Notes: generated by a model not told the origin, from the sequence alone. Shown: positions 12,708 to 24,533, numbered from the stretch's first letter. The stretch: 45,571 nucleotides of DNA from Octopus bimaculoides (GCF_001194135.2 NC_068982.1:90318584-90364154); one strand, 5' to 3'. Made by a program: numbers and translations.

Positions 12708-12794
12708 GTCATACACTCTCTCTTTCCTTTCCTGAGCGTCCAATAATACTATCCATATCACGTCCTCACTTTGTTGTTTTTTTGTTTTTTTGTT

Positions 12795-13558
12795 NNNNNN
12801 NNNNNNNNNNNNNNNNNNNNNNNNNNNNNNNNNNNNNNNNNNNNNNNNNNNNNNNNNNNNNNNNNNNNNNNNNNNNNNNNNNNNNNNNNNNNNNNNNNNN
12901 NNNNNNNNNNNNNNNNNNNNNNNNNNNNNNNNNNNNNNNNNNNNNNNNNNNNNNNNNNNNNNNNNNNNNNNNNNNNNNNNNNNNNNNNNNNNNNNNNNNN
13001 NNNNNNNNNNNNNNNNNNNNNNNNNNNNNNNNNNNNNNNNNNNNNNNNNNNNNNNNNNNNNNNNNNNNNNNNNNNNNNNNNNNNNNNNNNNNNNNNNNNN
13101 NNNNNNNNNNNNNNNNNNNNNNNNNNNNNNNNNNNNNNNNNNNNNNNNNNNNNNNNNNNNNNNNNNNNNNNNNNNNNNNNNNNNNNNNNNNNNNNNNNNN
13201 NNNNNNNNNNNNNNNNNNNNNNNNNNNNNNNNNNNNNNNNNNNNNNNNNNNNNNNNNNNNNNNNNNNNNNNNNNNNNNNNNNNNNNNNNNNNNNNNNNNN
13301 NNNNNNNNNNNNNNNNNNNNNNNNNNNNNNNNNNNNNNNNNNNNNNNNNNNNNNNNNNNNNNNNNNNNNNNNNNNNNNNNNNNNNNNNNNNNNNNNNNNN
13401 NNNNNNNNNNNNNNNNNNNNNNNNNNNNNNNNNNNNNNNNNNNNNNNNNNNNNNNNNNNNNNNNNNNNNNNNNNNNNNNNNNNNNNNNNNNNNNNNNNNN
13501 NNNNNNNNNNNNNNNNNNNNNNNNNNNNNNNNNNNNNNNNNNNNNNNNNNNNNNNNNN
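12795..13558. other. Assembly gap (N). Other gaps: 2845-2933, 10524-10533, 18668-18677, 25451-25998, 27636-27645, 39761-40347, 44090-44655
   Basis: Runs of N. Confidence 1.
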
Positions 13559-13591
<33 letters not shown>

Positions 13592-14054
13592 GAGAGAGAG
13601 AGAGAGAGAGAGAACAAATAGTGACGGATTATCAATACGGGTAAAATACTTCGTAAGCTCTCTATTGGCACACCTGACTAACAATATTACTAAGATTAGT
13701 AAGGAACTCCAGGTAATCTTTCTGTAGGGTACAAGGTTATGGTTCATCGCAATTCTATATTGTAAATCCTGAAAATCCGTGGATGGGCTCCATGTGATGA
13801 CCATTATTTCTAACTTGTTTCTTATACATATGCATGTGTGTGTGCGTGTGTGTGTGTGCTATTTGGGTTGTGTCCATCTCTTACTACTCTGAGCTTCGCC
13901 GGTGGTTGTGCAAGCTCTTCAGATGAAACTAAGAGTTACAAGTGACTAACTAGGCTAAGAAACATTTCATTAATCTCTGCTATGATATCGAGTACTCTTT
14001 TTCCGATAGTAAACACTAAATGGATTTATGCGTGTGCAAGTGTATGTGTATGTA

Positions 14055-14140
14055 TCTCTCAGTCTCTCTCAGTCTCTCTCTCTCTCTCTCTCTCTCTCAG
14101 AGAGAGAGAGAGTGAGAGAGTGAGAGGGTGAGAGAGAGAT
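14055..14140. repeat. (CT)n immediately followed by (GA)n
   Basis: Seen directly. Confidence 0.9.
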
Positions 14141-15381
14141 GTAGATATATACATGCACACACGCACACATACATATATCTACTTATTTATCGATACATAC
14201 ATAACACTTATATACATAGCTCAAAGACTAGTAAGATATTAAAACATACCAAACTTCATAATCAGTGGCTAACAATTAATCTGATATACTTCTGCTCAAT
14301 AGGTATCCTATATTTAACACCCGTTCAATGGTAATATCTTTTTATCAGCGAAAACCAAACTTCTTGTTCAAATGGTTTTAAATGGCAGACGGTAGATCAC
14401 CATACAGATTTGTACCTACTGCTATACGTTCCAAACAATCTAAAAGGCTTTCTTTTTTTTTAATTTATCTTTATGATCATTGGCATTAATGTACAGTTCA
14501 CATAACGTTAAATTATATTCTATGATATATTTTTAGACTGGTAGTTATTTCATGTGCTTCTAAACTAATGACATGATGAGTAGATTTTACATGTGCGTAG
14601 TTGAGAATATCACGTGTTTTGCATATGACAATTGAATACTGCATATGTGACGCATTTTCTTGCGTATTTTCGGCAACCAATCATATCTCACCGATAATCG
14701 TATTTCGATTCGAATGAAACTATTTCTGGTTAACAAAATTTCTAACTCCAAAGTTATCTATGCTTCTTCAGAACAAAATAAAAATGTATACGAAACTGAT
14801 ATCTGATATCTACTCATTCTGTAGACACCTTTCCTATCAATATTCCCAATATCTATAAGAAAACCAGCTCCAACACGTATCATGCCGTTAATTTAAAGAG
14901 AAAATAAATAACCATAGCAAACGGTTTAAAAATAAACCACAGAAAAGTACATTTAGCGCTACGTGAATCATGCATTTCTTTGAAAGACCATACATATAAT
15001 TCTCAAATAATTTTTAAAGACTTAGTTATAAGCGTATAATGCGAATGTTCCCTGACGAAGAAACTTTTAGCCGTGAAATTCATGGTGCAATGATGCATCC
15101 TCAAAGGTAGGAAACGTTACAGGCGGAACAAACATTAATATTCTTAAATGCAAAAAATGGGAAATGTAAGAGATATTCCTTCCTGCTGACTAAATCATCG
15201 ATCCAATATTGCTAAGATTTTTCTAAACTTTAAAAATAAGTATTTTCCCTGCAGGCCATATCATACGATCTTTACTAAAAAAGAAAGTGTTATTGTGAAG
15301 TGCAGTTGCATTATATAATCATAATAAACAGAAGAAAACGTCCCAACAAAACATGCCTCCTTTTAACGATCGCAACAACCT

Positions 15382-15599
15382 TATGGGGGAGTGCTGACAA
15401 GTCCCTGGCTTTAAGGGTATCACGAAAGGCCTGGTTGTAGACCTAACCTTCCGAGTTCTTTTACAGGGCTTAGAAAAATTGAAGGACTGCTACTAGTGTG
15501 TGAATCTAAGAGTGGAATATATTGAGTAAAATCATAATTAACTGATTCTCTTGTAATTTCTTTTACCCAAAGCCAGGAACATTTCGGAATCCCCTCGTA
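15382..15599 (+). mobile_element. Mariner-derived MITE (~218 bp)
   Basis: Imperfect ~30-bp TIRs: TAtgggggagtgctgacaagtccctggcttt and aaagccaggaacatttcggaatcccctcgTA, with TA dinucleotides at both ends. An internal frame reads GLEKLKDCY*CVNLRVEYIE*, like a mariner transposase C-terminus (GIEKL..RWEKCIELKGEYVE). Confidence 0.85.
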
Positions 15600-15714
15600 A
15601 TATCTAATCTCTCAACGGTATATGTATTTCTAAAGTAATAGTTTATAATATTAAGGTATTTTTATTTAAATATTTTTTGTATAAACAATAAAAGAAAAGC
15701 AAGATTGTGCAAAC

Positions 15715-15900
15715 TAAAAATCTCTTTAAATAAGATTTCCTCAGCATTCCAACATCCTGAAACGACTCCCACCATTATTATCCAAATATATTTGAACTTT
15801 AATGGATCATAAATATTACTAATTATCAAATCGCTTCGTCCATTCTCGAACACGCCCTTCCTTTGTCTCTCGAAGAAATGTAACGATCTTATACAGATGT
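15715..15900 (-). pseudogene. Mariner transposase remnant, catalytic-domain N-terminal part
   Basis: Across two frames: LYKIVT...ETKEGRVREW and LHFFERQRK...PLKFK...IMVGVVSGCWNAEEILF. This resembles mariner LDRIVTGDETW.HYFEPETK.QSMEW...PKKFK...KVMATVFWDAEGILL, although the first catalytic D is not seen. Confidence 0.5.
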
Positions 15901-16379
15901 TTGCTGTTTTGAAGGAAAGATCAAAACTTGCAGACATTTCCATCGATATTTATTAGATAATTTCCAACTACCAATTAGCTAAAATGGTTTATTTCCCATG
16001 TAGTAAATTTGGCATTACTTGAAAGAAGATCATATGATAAATATAATATTAAATTATCGATCCACGCAAAAGCTTTATTACCATAAGTCACCTTCCAAGT
16101 TTTCGTGTATTTTACACATGATAGAGAATACATGAAAATATCACGAATTTTGCACATGCATAGATATTTCACGTGTTCTGCGTATGAAAATAGAACAGGC
16201 GAATGAGACTGCAGTTTTTCAGCAAACACACAAAACATCGATGACTAATCCTATTTCAAAGGGTGTACGAAAATGCTTTCTTATATATTGTTACGCTGCT
16301 TCCTTAATTCAACACTTTCAACGATTGGCAAGATGAAACTCGGAGTTACAATTCAATACTCTTCAATCCGTAATATCAC

Positions 16380-16384
<5 letters not shown>

Positions 16385-16412
<28 letters not shown>
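16385..16412. repeat. (TG)n microsatellite, one of many TG/CA and TA tracts (e.g. 16940-17200, 26035-26095, 31730-31768, 34212-34280, 34588-34632, 36310-36345, 38155-38255, 40870-40963)
   Basis: Seen directly. Confidence 0.95.
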
Positions 16413-16420
<8 letters not shown>

Positions 16421-17574
16421 AACATTATATGAGTATATGCATATATATGTACATGTATGTATATACGTTCATCCACATGTACATATAGATACATAACTGG
16501 GTACATGACGTGGCAAAAGAACAAGGACAAAAATGGTAAACACGGTGCAACAAACAAGCAGGCCACATAGAAACATCCCCTTCATCAGCTGCCACCATTA
16601 AAACTCTGGCATTTCGAAGAATTAAGGCAGTACGCATCGTTAAAATGGTTCTTCCCACGAACACAAATTAAATTGTTTTCGTGGAGGGTAGTGGCGGATG
16701 GAAAACAAGACAGGAAAACGAAACGGTGAAATAAACAAACAAAAAGGGTGTACAGCCAGACGTGAAGTGTGTATGTCTTGAACGCTACACTCAAACATAC
16801 CTATATTCCAGGAATGTGAAGTTCAAGAAGCTATGTCCGATCACTTATAATAAAGTACTCAAAGATAACTTTGAGTGTGAATAAAAACATTTAATCCATA
16901 ATCAATAATCTGAGGGCATTGTTTCACCTATGACTATATATGTTTGTGCATGTGTGTGTGAATGTGCATATGTATGTGAGTGTGTGTGTGCGCGTACATC
17001 TTTATGTATGTATGTATATGTATCTATATATATGTGTGTGAGCGTATGTGTGCATGTGTTTGTGTGTGTATGTGTGTGTGCGTGAGAGTACGCGCGCGCG
17101 TCAGTTGTGTGTATGTATGCATGTATGTGTATGTGTGTTTGTGTGCGTGTAGGTGTACGTGTTTGTGTGCGTGCGTGTGTTTGTGTTTGTGTTTGTGTTA
17201 GCGTTTATCCTAAATATATGAGCAAGATAGTTTCATTCTTTTAATTGATTGTTTGAAACTTTGAGTGGTTATCTATGTAATTTCAGCTTAAAATAAAATG
17301 TATTAAGGAACCGAGAGAGAGAGAGAGAGAGAGAGGGGGGGAAGCTAAAGGAAGGGAGAAAGTAAGAAAAGTAAGAGAGTTACTGAGTGGACTGAGAAAA
17401 GAGACGTCGAGAGTTAAAGTGAAGGGAAAAAAATTGCAAGATGCCATGAAAAAGAGGTTTGTAGAAAAGAAGTATTAGAGAATGAATTAGGAAAGTATTA
17501 TTGATAGATATAATAAGGAAATGATAAACGCTTAGAAAGTGAAAAAGGATCCTAAGAAATTCGAGAGAATAACT

Positions 17575-17655
17575 AGATGAATACATGAATGAATGAATAA
17601 ATGAAAGAATGGATGGATGAATGAATGAATGAATGAATTAATGAATGAATGAATG
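17575..17655. repeat. (GAAT)n/(GGAT)n microsatellite within a purine-rich low-complexity region
   Basis: Seen directly. Confidence 0.9.
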
Positions 17656-18304
17656 ACGGAATAAAGGAACGCTCAAGCGAAAGACAGACTACGTGACTGA
17701 GCAAGACAGATATGGTAAGATGAAGCGGGAGGCAGTTCTGTAAGGAAAGACATTGCGGTTGTTGAGTGAATGGGATGAAGAGACATGTAAAAGAAACAGA
17801 GAAACAGAGAGAGAGAGAGAGAGAGAAAGAAAATGAGCATGAGAGAGGGAGCGATATAAACACAGATAAATATGTATGTATATGTGCGTATGGATGTATG
17901 TGAAAGTGTGAGCTATATCGAATGTAGGATTGCGTTCGAGTTTAATCATTTTCATTAAAGATATTTGCATATTTCTTTATTAATCCATTATGCTTTATTT
18001 GGAGCAATAATGTTCTGGAGTCCATCAATATCGAAATGATCACTAGCGTAGAACGACTAAATAAACTCTACTATTGCACTGCATACGCGAACTCCTATTT
18101 GCACAACCAAAACAAATGCGTGCGCACACATAATATACACACATACAAACACGTATGTATATATATATAGGTGTAAGTAAAGTTTACTATAAACGACTGT
18201 CTCAAAGAAAGAGACAAGTATCTATACACGGACCAAATATAAATACACCTCACCTGTAAGACGAAAGTTGTTGTGTATTTGTCTCTGTTCTTCCCGCCCC
18301 TTCA

Positions 18305-18615
18305 CTTCCAACACTTCAACGTCTCTAGTGTTCTGTAATCTCTCTGCTACCACTAGCTCATACACCACAACTATTCTAGTGTTGTATTTCTACTACCAAT
18401 AATAATATACACTACAATACTGACACGGATTCAACGACAAATCTACTGATGTGTACTTATATACAACCAGAAATATATCTTGTGTAGTGCTGTCTCTACT
18501 GGCATCGATACAACACTTCAAGTCTCGGGTTGTGTCTCCTCTACCACAATCACGTATACGTCAACCAAGCTTTTGTTGTCTTTACTTTCACTGACACAAA
18601 CACGGCATTACGTCT

Positions 18616-18667
<52 letters not shown>

Positions 18668-18681
18668 NNNNNNNNNNTCTA

Positions 18682-18713
<32 letters not shown>

Positions 18714-19135
18714 TCTCTCTCTCTCTCCCCCCTCTCTCTCTCTCTTCTGTCTATCTCTGTTACACTCATCTCATTAAATTAGTTGTTATGCTTCCACTAC
18801 CACTGACACAAACATTTCAACTTATCTATTTGTCCTTATTAACGTAACCATACACACTTCAACGATTCTAGTGTTGTTTAGTGCCTCTACTACCACAGAC
18901 ACACATCAACAATCTAGTATAGTATAACATCACACACAACTCTAGTGTAGTGCAGGGCCTCTTTTACCACAGACGCACATACCACAACAACACTAGTGTT
19001 CTGTTGCGTCTCTACTAACTACAGACAAGTTCAAGTCAACAAGTCTAGTAAAGTGCCTATACTACATACTACCACAAATACATATCAACAAGTCTGGTAT
19101 TGTGTTATGCTTCTACTAACACAGACACATAGTCC
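18305..19135. repeat. Degenerate minisatellite, ~45-50 bp unit, about 13 units, interrupted by (CT)n and a gap
   Basis: Recurrent unit of roughly acacacttcaacaattctagtgttgtgttgtgcctctactaccacag, with copies starting near 18309, 18359, 18851, 18900, 18931, 18974, 19026 and 19078. Confidence 0.75.
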
Positions 19136-19491
19136 GCACAACCTCCAAAAAAAAAACTAGAGAGAGGTGGGAAAACAACAAAATATTTATTTAACGCATC
19201 AGTACAACATATTTAGATCCTTATTCGTCGAGGATCAGTTATCTATTACCTATCAAGGTGAGAGAAGAGAAAAGTAAGAGGAGGATTAAGATGGTAGCTG
19301 TACTCTAACTTTCCCAAGGGCATCTGCGAAATAAATACAGCCAAGAAATACATATGAGTAAGAACCGTATCTGGATTGCTGATTCGGCTCTGCAAACTAC
19401 TTACTTGACTTATAATTTATCAACACCAGTTCAACTTTCAACTAGAATACAAAGGTGTTCTAGTTGCTACCGTTCTCTGTTTTTCTTTTAG

Positions 19492-19542
19492 ATACAAAAT
19501 AGCGCATCTGGGCCTACAATGTACAGTGTATCCTTTTGTTTC
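19492..19542 (+). other. Possible 51-nt exon (YKIAHLGLQCTVYPFV or IQNSASGPTMYSVSFCF)
   Basis: Strong acceptor ctctgtttttcttttAG (19490-91) and donor GTAAGA (19543). Length is divisible by 3. No homology recognised. Confidence 0.25.
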
Positions 19543-19799
19543 GTAAGACAGTAGTATGCGAGTTGAGGGACTTGACTACTATCTTCTACATGTCAGGTAA
19601 CCACATAGACTCCCTCGTTGGCGCGAGTATTTTAGAGTGCATGTTACGTACGTAGATAGAAACATAGAGATAGTTATGTTAACAGAAAATTAAAGCTACA
19701 AGTAAAAAGTAAGGGAGAGTTAAAGAAAGCGATAATAGTTAAAACGTAATAAATAAGAATAGCTGCAGTTGTATTTTTGAAGCACACGTAACTGTGTAA

Positions 19800-19960
19800 A
19801 GATAGTAAGGAAGGCCTCTTTGATGAATATAATACACGTAACTCTCAATGTTGTAAATAGAAGATTCGTAGTTGTATAGATAAGGTGGTGCTAAAAGGGG
19901 AAGCCAGCAGCGACGGAGTAGCTGGTGCATGGTTCGATGGGCACAGAGGAAATATTTTGT
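19800..19960 (+). pseudogene. Possible decayed LINE RT fragment (CR1/L2-like)
   Basis: Frame reads KIRSCIDKVVLKGEASSDGVAGAWFDGHRGNIL, loosely like WIRSFL...RVVLNGEASS....SGVPQGSIL. Confidence 0.3.
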
Positions 19961-20204
19961 AAACCGAACTGTGAAGTACTTTAGGTTAACAACATTAACA
20001 CTGTCGACATGGTCGTCGTCGTCGTCGAAGTTGGCGTCATAATCAACATCAATTAGCGTTGAACTAAATAACTTTTGATTTTTACCTACACCCTGCTTCA
20101 TTTGGGATCAAGTACCTACCAATCAGATATTCGTGATTACAACTATGTCCGTATGAGGCAAAAATTATAGAACAGAAACAATAGAAACAAACACCACTAT
20201 CACC

Positions 20205-20206
20205 AA

Positions 20207-20241
<35 letters not shown>

Positions 20242-20321
20242 TAGCCTTAATCATTATCATCACCATCATCACCACCATCAATATTAATCATCATCTTAAT
20301 CATTATCATCACCATCATTTT

Positions 20322-20369
<48 letters not shown>

Positions 20370-20375
20370 TACCAT
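20205..20375. repeat. (CAT)n block with an internal duplicated cttaatcattatcatcaccatc
   Basis: Seen directly. Confidence 0.9.
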
Positions 20376-21034
20376 GTTTTTTAACAGTTTTCTGCGAGTT
20401 TCTACTGTATAACCATCATGCACGTCAGTTTTCCTGGTGTGTAAGTGTAGAGCAATGTGTTTAAGGGTATAAAACTGTGTAGCGGAAGTTTGGTCTGTAG
20501 CTTCTAGAGTTGTTTTAGTGTTGTATTTTTTTTCTCTGCTGTGCTGAAAGAATGAATATATTCCATGTTAGTTCGGCATTTGGGCTTCATATACATTGTG
20601 TGATTAGTGCTGAGTGTTTAAGTGTCGAACGGTGATTGTATATAGACTATGCATGGGTAATGTTATGTTATTGGATGGCAATTGTGTACACAGATTTATA
20701 AAGAGCTGTTGATATTATAAATGCCGGATATCAATTATGTAAGAGTATTTGTTGTGTTATTTTGTTATGTGCTGATTGTGCAGAGTATATGTTTGCATTT
20801 TATTACTTGGAGATGCTTCTTAGATTATAATATTTGAAAATTTAGTGGGTTGTGATTGTATAGAGAATGTGTTGTATAAGAAGAATAAATAAACGGAGTG
20901 GTGCAACTGAAGTGAAACTGTATTGGGCAGGATGTGAAGTGCGCCGTGTTATCTTTTAGATTCTGAACAATATTGTGTATTCTGACATATTTTCTTAATG
21001 TTTATATATCATACATGATACCTAGTTCTCCAAG

Positions 21035-21730
21035 TAGGTGCTCAATCGCCGGATGGTTAAGATGCCCACTTTGAAACCACGTGCTTTCGGGTTTGAATCT
21101 ACTGCGTGGCATCTTTTGTAAATGTAGTTTTCTGCAGCTTCAAACCGTTCCGTACCTTGTGAGTTATTATGAGTAAACGGAAGCTGTATAGAAGCTCAGA
21201 ATATGCATCGTAGCTGTGATGCAAAAGTACGACCTTGTCTCACACACAGTGTGTGACATGGATTCTACCTGAGAATTGCGTTAAAGGTAAAGGGTAAAGA
21301 CTCCTTTTGGTTATGAATGACCATAGAATGCTCCTAGGAAGTTCCCCTCCAAGGCACAAATCTAGGCAAAGTTGTTTCTAGAAGGCCAGCAGTCGCCCAT
21401 GCATACCAGCCTTTCCTCTCCATGCCACTGATGCTATCCAAAGGAAAGGTAAAGGCCGCTACAGCTTGGCACCAGTGACGTCGACATTCATTTCTACAAC
21501 TGAATAAACTGGAACCACGTGAAATAAAGTGTCTAGGTCACGAACACAACACAAATCCCAGTCTGGGACACGAACTCAATACCTCATTATTGTGAGCCCA
21601 ACACTCTAACCACTGAGCCATGCACCTTCAAAGGTAAAACCATACAGAGATTAATTCAGGAGTAGATAATTCAGTTGATCGAACAATTGAATCTTCATCG
21701 TCAGGCAACGGAGAACCACTTAGCACTCCA
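21035..21730 (+). mobile_element. Degenerate tRNA-derived SINE (family B variant, CORE-like), split by a nested insertion: 21035-21291 and 21639-21730
   Basis: Head with ggatggttaag and cgggtttgaatctactgcgtggcatc. Body gtaccttgtgag..aaacggaagctgtatagaagc resembles 33022-33150. The 3' part ctacctgagaattgcgttaaaggta resumes after the insert and resembles the reverse complement of 30190-30285. Confidence 0.6.
21292..21629 (-). mobile_element. Full-length tRNA-derived SINE (family C) with a 9-bp TSD
   Basis: Minus-strand A-box TGGCTCAGTGGTT (21620-21608) and B-box GAGTTCGTGTCCC (21577-21565). The tail ends ...ggagtctttaccc. Flanked by aaaggtaaa at 21283-21291 and 21630-21638. Confidence 0.85.
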
Positions 21731-21989
21731 AATATCATTGGCATTGTTTTGATCTTTATGCCCCTCATATTCTGTTCATTTCATTTTCATGTCACCTGCT
21801 CTTTGACAGTTTCTCCAATGCAGGCAGAAGAATATTTCACTCAGTGATCGAGATATCAATCAGAGCGCGAACCTTTTCATTCCAGTCCTTAAAATTATAT
21901 CTGATACATTTCCTTACTACAATTGCCACTATGGAGAGGAATCTTCAAGATGATTGTCGCCAGATCATTGCTATGTATCGTTCGTTACA

Positions 21990-22575
21990 CACATATCTTA
22001 TACTACCCGTTTTGAAATCGACGGCGTATTTCTAATATATATTCATAAATTTCAAAGGACGCCTGTGTTTTGTACCTGACGAACTTATAGTTATGTACAA
22101 TCATCCATATGTAAGTTAGAGAGCCAAAGCATTTTTAAACAACTCAGCCGTAGTGAGAAAACGTTCCTCAAGTACAAATATGAAATGAGAGAATTTCAAA
22201 ATTTTAAGCGGTCACAAATGAAATGGATACACAGATATCAACAGAAATTTATATATCCTGTACGTCTGACTTGTTTCTTTTTGCAAGAGAGTAAAATATT
22301 GTCTACTTGGGAGATATCTATAACTCTTGTAAAATACCTCTACCTGTTCGTTTTGAAATTTCGGGATTTCAGATTCGATTTCATTGCAAAACACCTTTGA
22401 CAAACGTTCATTCAAGGTTTTTGAATTAAACTCGGCCGACAAAAGTTGTTCTTAGATGATACATAAGACTCGTCAGCAAATTTAATGTTATCACGTAATC
22501 CTCTGGCTCATTTAGACGAATTGTTGCAAGACTCCAGGATAGGTGTCCAGTCTTGGAATCACTTCCCCATTTCTT
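21990..22575 (-). pseudogene. Decayed RTE-like LINE ORF2: RT domains 4-7 and downstream region
   Basis: With frameshifts: NGEVIPRLDTYPGVLQ (22535-22524), PEDYVITL-FADE (22480-22469), LNERLSKVFCN, NEQVEVFYKSYRYLPS (to 22305), MDDCT..VRQVQN, RNTPSISKRV. These are collinear with RTE motifs DGET..FDITAGVLQG / ITDLDFADD / EQIEVVESFKYLGS / LDGCYTRMLRRVQN / NLPPIS. Confidence 0.7.
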
Positions 22576-23129
22576 CACATCAGTCGCAGAAGTCAAGCAA
22601 AAGGATACATGTTTTGCTTTCCATCCTAATCTTAAAGCATTAAACAAATGCTACATATGAATATTATTCTTTCGTTATAGGTGAAGTTACCAGAGAAAAT
22701 ATCTAACCTCATTCCGTTATATCATTTTATAAGTCCCAACCTCACTTCATTTGAGGAGAAGGGTGCATTTGCCTAAATATGTATTTTAAGTTGTATATAT
22801 AAATAGGTACTAATAAATATTTAAAATGCAAATATACTTTTAGCTTGCATCATTCTGGAGGGAGAAGGAGTCAATAATACAGTATAGTCTCTTACCAATT
22901 GTGTGGCTATGTGCCATACCAATGTTACAACCCATTTCTTAAATAACCGATGGAGTGAGAGAAACGCCGGAGCAACAGGTTAAAGGCCTTAATATATTTA
23001 GTTGCATTTCTCTACTTTACGATTCCATAAATTAATGCTGTTGATAAAGTGTCGTATATTTAATCAACTATATTGCTTCCTGCAAATTTGAAGCCTTTTA
23101 TCATTATAAGAAATCGTTGGAAGAAACTT

Positions 23130-23345
23130 GTAGTGGTGGAAGTAGAAATAGTAACACCAGAAGGAGATGCAGTGATAGTGTGGTAGTGGTGGTGGTAGCA
23201 ATAGTGGTGATGATGTGGATGGTAGATGTAGTCGTGTTAGTAGTAGTAGTAGTAGTAGTAGCGATGATTTTGTTGCTATTGCAGCTGTTATTGCTATATG
23301 TAAAGCCATCACTACAGCAACTGCTACTACTCCTACTGTGTGATC
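23130..23345. repeat. Degenerate (GTA)n/(GTG)n/(CTA)n trinucleotide block
   Basis: Seen directly. Confidence 0.85.
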
Positions 23346-23369
23346 AGATGGCAAAAACAGTACAGGCTT

Positions 23370-23520
23370 GTCTTAAAGACATTTATTTATGCCCCTTTAC
23401 GTTCAGAGTTCAAATTCCGCTAGAGTCGATATTGCGTCTCATTCGTTCAGGAGTCAATCTATCAGATAATTATTAGGCTCGATATAAATATATACCCTCG
23501 ATCTAGGCTTAATAAATTTG
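23370..23520 (+). mobile_element. Degenerate partial SINE family A
   Basis: tttacgttcagagttcaaattccgctagagtcgatattgcgtctcattcgttcaggagtc. Confidence 0.6.
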
Positions 23521-23539
23521 TAGTATTGATAAGTAATAT

Positions 23540-23757
23540 TGGTTTCAAGTTTTGGCACAAGGCCAGCAGTTTCAGGTGAGGTGGGGTAAATCGCTTACAT
23601 CTACCCCAGTGCTTTACTGGTATTTATTTTATCGACTCCGACAGAATGGAAAGCAAAGTCGACCTTGGCGGAATTTGAACTCAGAACGTAAAGCCGGACG
23701 AAATACTGCTAAATATCTTGCCCTGTGTGCTAACGATTTTGTCAGGTAGCCGACTTA
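23540..23757 (-). mobile_element. Full-length SINE family A
   Basis: ttggtttcaagttttggcacaaggccagc ... aagcaaagtcgaccttggcggaatttgaactcagaacgtaaag ... gctaacgattttgtcaggtagccgactt. Confidence 0.9.
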
Positions 23758-24319
23758 TTGATAACTAATATTAGTGGTTTGTAGTATTCGTTGAAGACAT
23801 TTACTTTCTCTGTCTCACTCACACACAAACCCATAAACAGAAACACATCTGTAACGCACGTGCAAGCACAAACCTTCATACACAAACTCGGATTCTCACA
23901 CAACCAATCACAAACATATAAGACACAACTACACGAACACACAAATACATATTAAGTGCATATTAACACATATGCACACTCCTCGTCTTCATCACGTTCA
24001 CCACTCTCCGCAAGCTGTCATCATTATTCACATTATGAAAATCTTAGTCGTCACCAACACCAACAGTTTTACTCAACCATCATCATTGTTATCATAACTA
24101 TCACAAAGATGTTCCACGTTGTTAGCATTATCGTCAGTGTCCTCTCGACTTCCTTATGGGAGATTTCAAAACAAACATCTGTTAGTGAGCAAATACCACT
24201 AACACAACCTCGCTTTCTTCAACAAAACTAAGACAGAATTGCTACTCAACAAACGACCATCTTTACCAATAACACCCACAGGAACTATAAACAAAGGAGT
24301 CGCGTAATATCGAGTATTC

Positions 24320-24533
24320 TTTTCTACTCTCGGCAAAGAGCCCGGAACTTTGGGGGAGGGGGCCAGTCAATTAGATCGGCCCCGGTACACAACAGGTAGT
24401 TAATTTATTGACCCCGAAAGGATGAACAGCAAACTCGACCTCGGCGGAATTTGAACTCAGAACAAAAAGACAGATGAAATACAGCTAAGTATTTCGCCCG
24501 GGGGTGCTAACGTTTCTGCCAGCTCACCGCCTT
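24320..24533 (-). mobile_element. Full-length SINE family A
   Basis: gaccccgaaaggatgaacagcaaactcgacctcggcggaatttgaactcagaac ... tgctaacgtttctgccagctcaccgcctt. Confidence 0.9.

Noticed and set aside
18305-19135. CRISPR-like appearance of the repeated scaffold
   Set aside because: The units are degenerate throughout, with no identical repeats, no unique spacers and no cas genes, and the context is eukaryotic.
21560-21629. tRNA gene
   Set aside because: A and B boxes are present, but the sequence runs into a SINE body with a tail and TSD, and no acceptor stem is evident. The same applies at 1630-1690, 30300-30415 and 33022-33090.
21805-21825. CIGETV as a Penelope GIY-YIG motif
   Set aside because: There is no supporting context, and the adjacent sequence is better explained as an RTE-like ORF2 remnant.
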